A stretch of DNA of 64,000 nt from an uncultured Ignavibacterium sp. (GCA_964418885.1 CAYQNW010000010.1:455-64454); one strand, 5' to 3'. Positions 47,558 to 56,902 are shown, counted from the first letter of the stretch. The notes: generated from the letters alone by a model not told the origin. A program made the numbers and translations.

Positions 47558-48006
47558 TTTTCTATCCTGTAAATACCATCGTTTGTTAATAACAGTTTTT
47601 CTCCGTCGTTGATTAATTCCACATAAGGCTCTCTCTGGTTAAGTGCGGGATTTTCCAAACCGGTTTCGGAAACCGGGATTTTATTTTCAAGAACAAGTGC
47701 GCCATTATCCGCCTCGAACACATATATATTTTTAAACTGCTTGGAAATGATAAAATAATAACCGTTCATATTACGAAGAATTCTCAGCTCTTTGTTTTTA
47801 AATGCGGATGAATCATTTAATTCTTCATAGAAAATCCCCTTCGTATTAAATTTTATTGCATACCTGTCTTCGGTTACTTTTCCATCATCGTTAATTTTTA
47901 ATACTGTTTCTACCGGCCAGGCAAAATCAGTTGGCTTTACTATGAGGGTAGAGCAAGCAACAGTTATGATAAGTGATAATAATAGCAGTGTTTTGATTAG
48001 TTTCAT
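47554..48006 (-). CDS. Hypothetical lipoprotein
   Basis: 150 aa with signal peptide and lipobox-like LIITVAC. No recognisable domain. Confidence 0.55.
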   Translation of the reverse strand: MKLIKTLLLLSLIITVACSTLIVKPTDFAWPVETVLKINDDGKVTEDRYAIKFNTKGIFYEELNDSSAFKNKELRILRNMNGYYFIISKQFKNIYVFEADNGALVLENKIPVSETGLENPALNQREPYVELINDGEKLLLTNDGIYRIEK

Positions 48007-48201
48007 ATGCTCTCCAATATAAATTTATAGAGAATAAACATAAGAAATAATTTCAAATTTATCTTAGTTTAATAAGTGTAGAATAAAGTATCCGGGCTAT
48101 TCTTTAAGAAAATTTTATTCAAAATGAGACAGAAATTCACTCAAAATAATCAGAATTCATAAGGATTGATTTGTCTTCACTTTTTATCTCCCTTTTAATT
48201 T

Positions 48202-48450
48202 TCAATCAAGTATAGGTTTGGCTTCATTAACAACAAGATTATTCCCCCTGAATTCTAATTTATTCAGATTGTCGACAGCCTTTTGGGCTTCTATAATCCA
48301 GGGCATATCAACAAATCCATAACCTTTTGAAGTCTGGCTAAAGAGATTACGGATTATTTTAACACTACTAACTTTTCCAAATCTTGAAAAAAGAATAGTT
48401 AGATCCCTATCCTCAACTTCGAAAGATAAATTTCCCACAAATATTTTCAT
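48202..48450 (-). CDS. RRM (RNP-1) RNA-binding protein, short copy lacking the Arg/Gly tail
   Basis: RNP-2 IFVGNL and RNP-1 KGYGFVDM. 82 aa. Confidence 0.85.
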   Translation of the reverse strand: MKIFVGNLSFEVEDRDLTILFSRFGKVSSVKIIRNLFSQTSKGYGFVDMPWIIEAQKAVDNLNKLEFRGNNLVVNEAKPILD

Positions 48451-48537
48451 TATTCTTGCTTCATTTTTTTTAATTAAATATCTTACAATTAAGAAGGCCG
48501 GACAAAATTTTGTAGGGAAAGTTGAATTAAAGAAAAA

Positions 48538-48846
48538 CTAATAACGTCTTCTTCCGCCGCTGTTATTTCTTGAGCTGCGTTTCCTACCGCCTCTTCTTCG
48601 GTCCCGTTCGGGTCTTGCTTCATTAACTACAAGTTTTTTACCTTTCAGTTCGAACGTGTTAAGGTTATCGAGTGCCTTTTGTGCTTCTGCACGTCCGGGC
48701 ATTTCAACAAATCCAAAACCTTTTGATGATTGGCTAAACATATCACGAATGATTTTAACACTACTTACTTTCCCGTGTTGGGAGAAAAGATCATTAAGCT
48801 CTTCATCTTTTACATCATATGCTAAATTACCCACAAATATTTTCAT
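48538..48846 (-). CDS. RRM (RNP-1) RNA-binding protein with Arg/Gly-rich tail
   Basis: RNP-2 IFVGNL, RNP-1 KGFGFVEM and tail RDRRRGGRKRSSRNNSGGRRRY. 102 aa. Confidence 0.9.
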   Translation of the reverse strand: MKIFVGNLAYDVKDEELNDLFSQHGKVSSVKIIRDMFSQSSKGFGFVEMPGRAEAQKALDNLNTFELKGKKLVVNEARPERDRRRGGRKRSSRNNSGGRRRY

Positions 48847-48923
48847 TGTTTATTCCTTTTAGATAGAAGATCAAATAATACGGTATAACAATTAATTTGT
48901 AAATGACTTTATTAAGGACAATA

Positions 48924-48945
48924 ATGCCGCAACACGATGCGGCAT
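48924..48945 (-). terminator. Hairpin downstream of the first RRM gene
   Basis: Stem atgccgc / gcggcat (7 bp), 8-nt loop. The minus-strand downstream sequence TATTGTCCTT is only moderately T-rich. Confidence 0.45.
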
Positions 48946-48967
48946 AGATAATTGTTTTAGGGAAAAA

Positions 48968-49246
48968 TTAAAAGCGTCTTCCTCTTCCACCATTTCCTCC
49001 ATCACGTCTTGGTCGTGCTTCATTTACAATAAGCTTATTGCCTTTAAACTCGTAAGAATTTAAGGTGTTAAGAGCTTTTTGTGCTTCTGCATTTCCGGGC
49101 ATTTCAACGAAACCGAATCCTCTCGATTGTTGACTGAAGTTATCACGGATTATCTTTGCACTACTAACATTTCCATGTTCAGAAAATAAACCGCTAAGAT
49201 CTTCTTCCGTGACTCCTGCAGGTAGATTACCAACATAAATATTCAT
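48968..49246 (-). CDS. RRM (RNP-1) RNA-binding protein with Arg/Gly-rich tail
   Basis: RNP-2 IYVGNL, RNP-1 RGFGFVEM and tail RPRRDGGNGGRGRRF. 92 aa. SD AAGGAG upstream. Confidence 0.9.
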   Translation of the reverse strand: MNIYVGNLPAGVTEEDLSGLFSEHGNVSSAKIIRDNFSQQSRGFGFVEMPGNAEAQKALNTLNSYEFKGNKLIVNEARPRRDGGNGGRGRRF

Positions 49247-49458
49247 TTTTTTACTCCTTAATAGATTAGATAAATATTTTTCGGTTTACAGCCAATGAAT
49301 TAAGCTATAACCGGTATTTTGTCGTTGTATAAAATTAAGGGATTAGAAAACGGGGGATAAAGAAAGTGTGCTCTGATCTCAATTTTTATTTAAGACAAAT
49401 ATAAGCTACGATAATTATCTGCCACTTACAAGTTACATCAAAAGCTGAACTTTTTTAA

Positions 49459-50958
49459 CTACACACGTGCTGCGATTTTTCTGTAATGATAACCGTAAAC
49501 CGCCATTGTTATTGCGAGAGGAAACATTTTGGGGTGTTTAAGTAAGCTAAATGCAAGCAGCTTCCAGAAATACTTTTTACCTTTTTCCAGTATTCCAAGC
49601 AACCAGATCGATCTTAAAAATGCTTTTATTTCGATGATCCTGATTTTATTCGAATTCCAGACTGGTATTCTATAGTTGTGGAGAAAATGCTTTACCCTGT
49701 AAAAGTATTCCTTTTGAGAATAGATTGTCTTTATGATTTTTGAATATCCTGAAATTAGTTCACTATAATTCATTTGTGGAATAAAATTCATCGAGCCATC
49801 CATATTGTCACCACCGAATATACTGAGCAACCTGTTTTCGTTTTTCATTCTCTTGAAAAGTTTTGTACCTGTTGGTGCGTTAAGAAGCCCAACCATTGCT
49901 GAAACAATTCCGCTTTTCTGTATAAAGTTGATTTGTTCTTCAAACACCTTGGGTGTGTCGTTATCAAAACCAACAATAAATCCACCCGAAACTATAAAAA
50001 CGCGTATTTGCAATTTCTCAACGGATGAAACAAGATTCCTTTTAAGATTCTGCGCTTTACCGCACTCAACAAGACTTTCATCATTCGGAGTTTCAATACT
50101 GACAAAGATGCTGTTAAAACCTGATTCAATCATCATATTCATTAGTTGCTCATCGTCTGCAAGATTGATAGAGACCTATGCAATAAAATTAAAAGGATAT
50201 TTACTTTGCTTCGACCAGTTGATCAATCCCGGTAAAACTTCATCTTTAAGCTTTCTTTTATTCCCTATAAAATTATCATCTACAACAGAGATCGCACCAC
50301 GCCATCCAAGCTTGTAAATTGTTTCAAACTCACTGATGAATTGCTCGAATGTTTTCGTCCTCGGTTTCCTGCCGTTCAACATGGTTATGCTGCAAAATTC
50401 GCAATCGAAAGGGCAGCCACGTGAGTACTGTAAAGAAAGTGATGCATATTTTTTTATATCAAGCAATCCCCACATCGGTTTTGGTGATAATGTAATGTCG
50501 GGATATTCATCAGAAGTGTAAACAGGCTTAGGATTTCCTTCTTTCAAATCTTCTAATAACAGAGGCAAAGTGATTTCAGCTTCATTTAAAATAAAATGAT
50601 CAACAACTAAAAAATCTTTGTGTTGTGTCGTTGCTAAAAGTCCCCCGGTAACTACTTTTGTTCCCAGTGTGTTACATCATCTAATTATTTCTTTAAAAGA
50701 TTTGTTGTGAATATTCATTCCACTTAAGAAAACATAATCTCTTCAGAGTTTGTGTTCATTCTTAAGCTCGGAAACATTCACATCAATTAATTTTTTCTCC
50801 CAGTCCTTCGGAAGTAATGCGGCGACCGTGATAAGTCCCAGCGGTGGTTCGGGTGATTTCTTGGAAACAAATTTCAGTGCCTCATTAAAGCTCCAGAATG
50901 ATGGGGGTGTTTGCGGGTAAACCAAAAGTATGTTCACAATTCTCTCCTGTAAATTCAA
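49459..50958 (-). pseudogene. B12-binding-domain radical SAM protein (DUF4070-type C-terminus) interrupted by three in-frame stop codons
   Basis: ORF fragments 50743-50958, 50176-50568 and 49459-50142 are all in one minus-strand frame. My own translation of the gaps gives ...NEHKL*RIYVFLSGMNIHNKSFKEIIR*CNTLGTKVVTGGLLATTQHKDFLVVDHFILNEAEIT(L)PLL... and ...FNFIA*VSINLADDEQLMNMM.... Stops are TGA (50743-50745), TGA (50677-50679) and TAG (50176-50178). The radical SAM cluster motif CPFDCEFC is intact. The total is exactly 500 codons. Confidence 0.8.
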
Positions 50959-51117
50959 AACATTTACGTTTCAATTATCTGGATATTTACAGACAAGTAC
51001 TGTAAAAGAATTGTATAAGCTTTCCTAATTTATTTGAACTTTTACCCTTAATATTTGATATTTGTATCGAAACAATTTTACACAGGTATGAAATGCTTCT
51101 ATTAAGGGGAAAATAAT

Positions 51118-52137
51118 GTGAAGAAAAGGCATTCCCTGCTGTATCATATTATTGTTTTTGTGGTAGCCCAGCTTGTCTGGCTCTCATTGTTGGGTTTGTG
51201 GATTTACTGGTACGTTTATAACTATATAGTTTTTGAAAAAGTAGGTGACCAGGTTTCTCCTTATATAAGCTACGATATTACCAATGTTGTTCCCTTTGTA
51301 ATCGGTCTTGTGCTTTTGATCGGGTTATCTTTTACAACATCGGTTATTTTCAGAAACCTCAATGTTCAGCTTCGGTTAACAAAACTTTATGATAATTTTA
51401 TCGGAAATGTTACTCACGAATTAAAATCACCTTTGTCTTCCATTCAGCTTCATCTTGAAACGTTAAAAACAAGAGATGTTTCTCCAGAAAAAAGTAATGA
51501 GTTTATTAACCTGATGATGAAGGATGCTCATCGTCTCAGAAATCTTATCGATTCGATTCTTGGATTAATGGCTATAGAACAAAAGAGACTTGTTTATGAT
51601 CTCGAAATTTGTGATGCAGGGACAATGATTAAGCAAATAATAACTGAATCAACCGAACAATTTCATCTTTCCACTGATGCGTATAATGTTGAAATCATTT
51701 CTTCTTCTGAAATCGCGATTGACAAAGATTCAATAAAAATTGTTTTCGATAATCTGGTTGATAATGCAATTAAATATTCAGTTAATGATGTTAAGATAAA
51801 AATGAAGATCAATTCAAACACTAAAAAAATAATTGTTGATTTTGTAGATAACGGAATCGGGCTTCTCCCAAAAGAGCAAAAGAAAATTTTCAACAAGTTC
51901 TATAGAATTTATAATCCCGATATTCCAAATGTAAAAGGGACCGGACTCGGTTTATACTGGGTAAAGGAAATTATAAAATCTCATGGGGGGAAAATATCCG
52001 TTTCAAGTGAAGGTAAAGATAAAGGATCAAGATTTACAATAGAACTTCCGGTTTATAAGCCTGCAGAAAATCGTTATGTAAACAAGCTGCTAAAAAATTC
52101 CAGGAAACAAAAACAGAAAGTTACTGCTGATGCCTGA
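51118..52137 (+). CDS. Sensor histidine kinase (two TM helices, short extracytoplasmic loop)
   Basis: GTG start 7 nt after AAGGGGA. HisKA H-box (FIGNVTHELKSPLSS) and HATPase_c (DNLVDNAIKYS, DNGIGL, GTGLGLYWVKEII). Only about 25 residues separate the two TM helices. Confidence 0.85.
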   Translation: MKKRHSLLYHIIVFVVAQLVWLSLLGLWIYWYVYNYIVFEKVGDQVSPYISYDITNVVPFVIGLVLLIGLSFTTSVIFRNLNVQLRLTKLYDNFIGNVTHELKSPLSSIQLHLETLKTRDVSPEKSNEFINLMMKDAHRLRNLIDSILGLMAIEQKRLVYDLEICDAGTMIKQIITESTEQFHLSTDAYNVEIISSSEIAIDKDSIKIVFDNLVDNAIKYSVNDVKIKMKINSNTKKIIVDFVDNGIGLLPKEQKKIFNKFYRIYNPDIPNVKGTGLGLYWVKEIIKSHGGKISVSSEGKDKGSRFTIELPVYKPAENRYVNKLLKNSRKQKQKVTADA

Positions 52138-52849
52138 TACTAATCCAACAAAGAAAAGGATTTTATTGGTTGAAGATGAAGAATCTTTGGCAGTTGGCTT
52201 GGAGTACAACTTTACGGAAGAAGGTTATAAAATTAACTGGGCAAAAGATGGAAGAGAAGCATTAAAATTTATTGAAGAAAATAGTTACGATTTGATTATA
52301 CTGGATATTATGCTTCCGTACCTGAACGGATTTGAAATTGCAGCCAAAGTGAGAGAAACTGATCCCCAAATGCCGATATTGATTTTAACTGCGAGAACAA
52401 GTGCGGGCGATAAAGTTAAAGGTTTGGAAACAGGAGCCGATGATTATCTAACCAAACCGTTTCATCTTAAAGAATTGCTACTTCGTATAAAAGGCATGTT
52501 AAAAAGGAGAGAATGGTATAAAGATACAACGTCAGATTTATCCGTTTATACATTCGGTAAGAATGAAATTAATTTTGAAAATCTTAAATGTAAAAACGAT
52601 AATGACGAATTCACTTTAACACCGCGAGAAGCAATGCTGATGAAGTATCTTATTAACAGTAAGGACAGAATTGTATCGCGTAAAGAACTTATCGAAAAAG
52701 TCTGGGATATGAATCCTGAAATTGAAACCCGTACAGTAGATAACTTTATCGTTCGTCTTAGAAAATATTTTGAAACCGATCCCTCAAATCCTTCTTTTAT
52801 TAAGAGTGTTCGTGGTGCAGGATACCTGTTTTCAGTGAAACCGGAATAA
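52130..52849 (+). CDS. Response regulator, OmpR/PhoB family
   Basis: REC (ILLVEDEE, LIILDIMLPYLNG, LTKPF) plus a winged-helix output domain (LTPREAMLMKYL...VRGAGYLF). Overlaps the kinase gene by 8 nt. Confidence 0.9.
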   Translation: MPDTNPTKKRILLVEDEESLAVGLEYNFTEEGYKINWAKDGREALKFIEENSYDLIILDIMLPYLNGFEIAAKVRETDPQMPILILTARTSAGDKVKGLETGADDYLTKPFHLKELLLRIKGMLKRREWYKDTTSDLSVYTFGKNEINFENLKCKNDNDEFTLTPREAMLMKYLINSKDRIVSRKELIEKVWDMNPEIETRTVDNFIVRLRKYFETDPSNPSFIKSVRGAGYLFSVKPE

Positions 52850-53096
52850 TTTTGCATAATCTAATCTTATAAATCTCATTATTAATTCTGGTACAATTAT
52901 TCTTTTCTGTATTCAATCGGGCGAAATTTTGGTGTTATTTACGATTTAATGTGATCCTTTTGTGATGATTTATTATATACTAATAATTACTTTTTCCTAC
53001 GGCTAAATATTTATCTTAAATTATTATGGTTTTTTATTGGAACGCTGTTATGGGAAATGCAAAGTTTAATTATAATAATCAATGAAGGAGAATCAA

Positions 53097-53780
53097 ATGA
53101 ATAAAATAAAATTTTTACTGACTATCGTAATTTTTTATTTTATATTTTCAGGAATTGCTTTACCACATGTTGGCCTTGATTATCCTCATGGCGGAGAAAC
53201 TTTTGAAGTAGGAGAGGTAGTTACTATAAAGTGGGAAGAATTAGTAAATCATGGCTCCTCTAACTGGGATTTGTATTTTAGTTCAAATGCAGGATTAAGC
53301 TGGGAGTCAATTGCAACTGATCTTCCGCAGGACACGACCTCCTATGATTGGACAGTACCAAATGTATTATCAAATTCTTGCCAGATCAGGGTTGTACAGG
53401 ATAATCAAATTAATGCCAATTACAACGATGACAGTGATAATTTTATCATTACCGCTGCAACCACGGATATCGGTGACCGGCAAAATACTGTTGAGAAATT
53501 TATCCTTTATCCTGCATACCCTAATCCGTTCAATCCCACAACGCATATCAAATATTCAATCCCCGGAAAAAGTTTTGTTTCACTTAAGATTTATGATGCT
53601 ATTGGAAATGAAGTAACTGCATTAGTAAATGGGGAAAAAGCTGCAGGAAGTTACGAGGTTGAGCTCAATGCATCGGATTGGGCAAGTGGTTTATATTTTT
53701 ACAGGCTTCAGGCAGTTGGTGTAAATTCTAATTTACGAAAAGATTTTGTCCAAACTAAGAAGATAATATTGCTGAAATAG
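53097..53780 (+). CDS. Small T9SS C-terminal-sorting-domain protein
   Basis: ATG at 53097 follows AAGGAG (the ORF track start at 53082 contains the SD). Signal peptide, a beta-rich domain of about 100 aa, then YPAYPNPFNPTTHIKYS...GLYFYRLQA...KIILLK. Confidence 0.7.
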   Translation: MNKIKFLLTIVIFYFIFSGIALPHVGLDYPHGGETFEVGEVVTIKWEELVNHGSSNWDLYFSSNAGLSWESIATDLPQDTTSYDWTVPNVLSNSCQIRVVQDNQINANYNDDSDNFIITAATTDIGDRQNTVEKFILYPAYPNPFNPTTHIKYSIPGKSFVSLKIYDAIGNEVTALVNGEKAAGSYEVELNASDWASGLYFYRLQAVGVNSNLRKDFVQTKKIILLK

Positions 53781-54176
53781 CGACTACTTTTTGAATAACA
53801 ATATCTGTGAATATTTGTAATTGGGATGTAAATTCTGATAGATACTGTGTCCGAAGGAGCAAAATTCCAAATGTATTTCCAAAGAGAATTCGGTTAACTA
53901 ATACAAAGGTTATACAATCCGGTTTAATTAATAAAATAAATCGCGTAAGTAATGTATTCTATTAGCTACACATTATTAATTTGTTTTTATGAATAAGACT
54001 TTCCTATAACAATACTTTCACCTGAATAAATAAATAAAATTTGCTTATGCTTTTCTTTGTCCCGCACAAATGTTAAATTTGAAACAATTTGGATGGGATG
54101 CATCGCATCTTAATTATAGCTATCTTCTAACATTGTCATTAGAATAAGATTATATCAAACAAGTAATGGAGTTGCT

Positions 54177-55724
54177 ATGAAAAAGGTATTTTTACTCTTA
54201 TCTCTTTTTTTCTTCCTGTTTTTCACTTTTTCCCGGGCGACAACAATAAATATTGATGTATCAGATTTTGCGTTCAATCCTGCTGTTGTTGTCGCGGAGG
54301 TTGGGGATACCATAATATGGACAGAATCAGGTGGAATCCACACAACAACTTCAACATCTGTTCCTTCCGGCGCCACTACATGGGATTATGCTTTTTCGGG
54401 AACAGGTGATATGTTTACATATATTGTTACCGTTTCCGGCGATTACACATATCAATGTTCCAACCATCCTTCATTGATGACGGGAACAATCAGGGTAGCT
54501 GATACACTGCCTCTTGAAGAAAATTTCGATTATACCACATCGCAGATCCTGACAGATGTAAGTCAATGGCAGAACCACAGTGGGACAGGTACATTTATTC
54601 TTGTTAACAACGGTGGATTATCATATTCCGGCTATCCTTCATCAGGTGTTGGGAATTCCGTTACAGTTAACGGCGGTTCTGGTTCCAGGGAAGATGTAAA
54701 CAGAATTTTCACAGAACAGTCAGCCAGTGTTTATGCTGCTTTCCTGGTTAGCGTTCAGAATGCATCGACAACTGCGGATTATTTTTTCCATCTTGCAGCC
54801 ACTTTTCCTACAAATACTTTCAGAGGGAGAGTTTTTGTGCAGAATGACGGAATTGGTAATCTTAAGTTTGGTATTAGTAAAGGAAGCTCCACAATAACAT
54901 TAGCAGCAGGTGATTATTCGTTTAATACAACTTATCTTCTCGTGTTGAAATATGAAGTTGTTGGCGATCTAACGGGTACAGATGATGTTGCAAAGCTGTT
55001 TGTAAATCCTGTTTTAACTGATCCTGAGCCTACAGCCGATGCAACCAGTACGGATAATACTATTTCCGACAGTCCGATCGGCGGTGTTGCTCTAAGACAA
55101 GGTTCAACCTCTCTTTCAGTGCAGGTAGACGGAATACGCATCGGCTCCTCGTGGAGTGACGTAGTGCCTGTTGAACTCGCATCATTTATTGCAACTGTAA
55201 AGAACAATGGCGTTTCACTAAATTGGATAACCGCAACCGAGTTGAATAACGCTGGTTTTGAAGTACAGAGAAAGCAGGAAAACACAAACTGGAATAAAAT
55301 TGCTTTTATCGATGGTCATGGTACCACTACCTCTCCTAATATTTACTCTTACTATGACGGTAATCTTTCGTCCGGTAAATATTCATACAGGTTAAAACAA
55401 ATTAATTATGATGGCTCTTACGAATATTCAAAGGTTGTTGAAGCAAGTATCGGGCTTCCAGCAAAAGTTGGGCTTTCTCAGAATTATCCCAACCCGTTTA
55501 ATCCAAGTACTGTAATTACTTATTCATTGCCTGAATCCGGTCATACCACATTAATAGTGTTTAATGCTCTTGGTCAGGAAGTATCAACATTAGTTAATGG
55601 TTTTGTGGAAGCGGGAAAGCATAATGTCGAATTTAAAGCTTCTGGATTTAGCAGCGGAATTTATTATTACAGGCTGGATTCAAATGATCTAACATTGATG
55701 AAAAAGATGATGTTGTTGAAGTAA
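54177..55724 (+). CDS. T9SS-sorted protein with N-terminal type-1 copper (cupredoxin/plastocyanin-like) domain
   Basis: Signal peptide. Cupredoxin ligand pattern: His in ESGGIHTTTS, then YQCSNHPSLMTG (Cys-x2-His-x4-Met). An unassigned beta-rich domain of about 230 aa. The VELASFIATVKNNGVSLNWITATELNNAGFEVQR module and C-terminal NYPNPFNPSTVITYS...GIYYYRL...KMMLLK. Confidence 0.8.
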   Translation: MKKVFLLLSLFFFLFFTFSRATTINIDVSDFAFNPAVVVAEVGDTIIWTESGGIHTTTSTSVPSGATTWDYAFSGTGDMFTYIVTVSGDYTYQCSNHPSLMTGTIRVADTLPLEENFDYTTSQILTDVSQWQNHSGTGTFILVNNGGLSYSGYPSSGVGNSVTVNGGSGSREDVNRIFTEQSASVYAAFLVSVQNASTTADYFFHLAATFPTNTFRGRVFVQNDGIGNLKFGISKGSSTITLAAGDYSFNTTYLLVLKYEVVGDLTGTDDVAKLFVNPVLTDPEPTADATSTDNTISDSPIGGVALRQGSTSLSVQVDGIRIGSSWSDVVPVELASFIATVKNNGVSLNWITATELNNAGFEVQRKQENTNWNKIAFIDGHGTTTSPNIYSYYDGNLSSGKYSYRLKQINYDGSYEYSKVVEASIGLPAKVGLSQNYPNPFNPSTVITYSLPESGHTTLIVFNALGQEVSTLVNGFVEAGKHNVEFKASGFSSGIYYYRLDSNDLTLMKKMMLLK

Positions 55725-55754
55725 GGTTAGAATATCAACAATTTAATAATTCCC

Positions 55755-55779
55755 AAAGCCCCTTTTTAGGGGCTTTTTT
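55755..55779 (+). terminator. Rho-independent terminator
   Basis: Stem aaagcccc / ggggcttt (8 bp), 6-nt loop, T-run to 55779. Confidence 0.7.
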
Positions 55780-55799
55780 CTTCTTGTAATTGTGAAGTA

Positions 55800-56015
55800 T
55801 TAATCACTTGTTCTTTCTAATTTTTCCACAAGTTTTAGTTTAATATCTTCTGCACTAAATTCTAATTTATCGAAATAAGTGTGTACAAGAAATAAATGAT
55901 ATTGAAGCAAATCCAGAATTTTATTCACTTCTTCATTACCATCAAAATTTTCCTCATATCTTAAACGCGTAATGGCTTTATTAGTTTTAACCAATTCTTC
56001 ATCAATCATTTTCAA
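55800..56015 (-). CDS. Hypothetical small helical protein
   Basis: 71-aa ORF that fills most of the gap between two + strand genes. No motif recognised. Confidence 0.35.
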   Translation of the reverse strand: MKMIDEELVKTNKAITRLRYEENFDGNEEVNKILDLLQYHLFLVHTYFDKLEFSAEDIKLKLVEKLERTSD

Positions 56016-56302
56016 TTTTCCTTTACTTATAATCGTTTACTATAATTATAAGAATTTTTGAGCATTGTTTTTTTAATAAATGTGAAGCTTTTAATAAGAT
56101 GAACAATTAAACTGAACACCGGTAACTATTTATAGTACTTAATAAGCATTGACTTTTAATGGCACCTTAAATAGTTTTCTTTCAGACTACAGGTAAATTA
56201 TTTTCCCTTCAAATTTTTAACCTTACCTGAAGCCAATCTTTCAACAGGGCTTAGTAAATATTTCTTAAATCACATTTTCAATTATTTTTTAAGAGGATGG
56301 TT

Positions 56303-56902
56303 ATGAAAAAATTTCTGTTCCCGGCAACTATTCTTGCAATATTTTCTTTGCTGATGTTATTTGCTTTTAGCTGTACTCAGCAAAATGAAAATAAAACCAT
56401 GACAAAAGATGAATTGGTTGCCAAAGGTAAATATCTTGTTAATGCGGGAGGATGCAACGATTGCCATTCACCTAAGGTTTATACAGATATGGGTCCTGTA
56501 CCTGACTCTACAAGATTACTTTCAGGATACCCTCAGGGAGAAACCTTACCAGAGTTCGATCCAAAAATGGTTCAACCAGGAAAGTGGGTTATGTGTGAGG
56601 GTAATTTTGCAGGTTGGGTTGGTCCGTGGGGAATTTCGTATGCCGCAAACCTTACACCTGACAATGCTACCGGTATAGGTACACTTTCGGAAGAAATGTT
56701 TGTCAAAACTTTAAGAGAAGGAAAATGGATGGGCGTCGGAAGACCGTTACTTCCCCCTATGCCCTGGCAGGGTATAGGTCAAATGACAGACCAGGATTTG
56801 AAGGCAATTTATGCCTACCTGATGTCTTTACCTCCTATTCATAATGAAGTACCACAGCCTGTTCCACCTAATAAATTAGGTGATATGACAATGATGAAAT
56901 AG
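56303..56902 (+). CDS. c-type cytochrome lipoprotein
   Basis: ATG at 56303 lies 6 nt after AAGAGG; the track start at 56297 abuts the SD. Lipobox LFAFSC, a single CxxCH haem motif (GGCNDCHSP), and a distal PPMPW...LKAIYAYLMSL block typical of class I cytochrome c. Confidence 0.75.
   Translation: MKKFLFPATILAIFSLLMLFAFSCTQQNENKTMTKDELVAKGKYLVNAGGCNDCHSPKVYTDMGPVPDSTRLLSGYPQGETLPEFDPKMVQPGKWVMCEGNFAGWVGPWGISYAANLTPDNATGIGTLSEEMFVKTLREGKWMGVGRPLLPPMPWQGIGQMTDQDLKAIYAYLMSLPPIHNEVPQPVPPNKLGDMTMMK

Noticed and set aside
49805-50317. 170-aa plus-strand ORF spanning the junction of two radical SAM fragments
   Set aside because: It is antisense to a recognisable, though interrupted, radical SAM reading frame. 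It has no SD, and its composition is typical of a mirror frame.
49459-50958. Selenocysteine, pyrrolysine or genome-wide stop-codon reassignment as an explanation for the in-frame TGA, TGA and TAG
   Set aside because: Two different stop codons are involved, and they replace positions that are W, R and E/Q in my recollection of the family rather than Cys. I saw no obvious hairpin immediately downstream of the TGAs. Neighbouring genes terminate normally at TGA and TAG. Nonsense mutations are the simpler reading.
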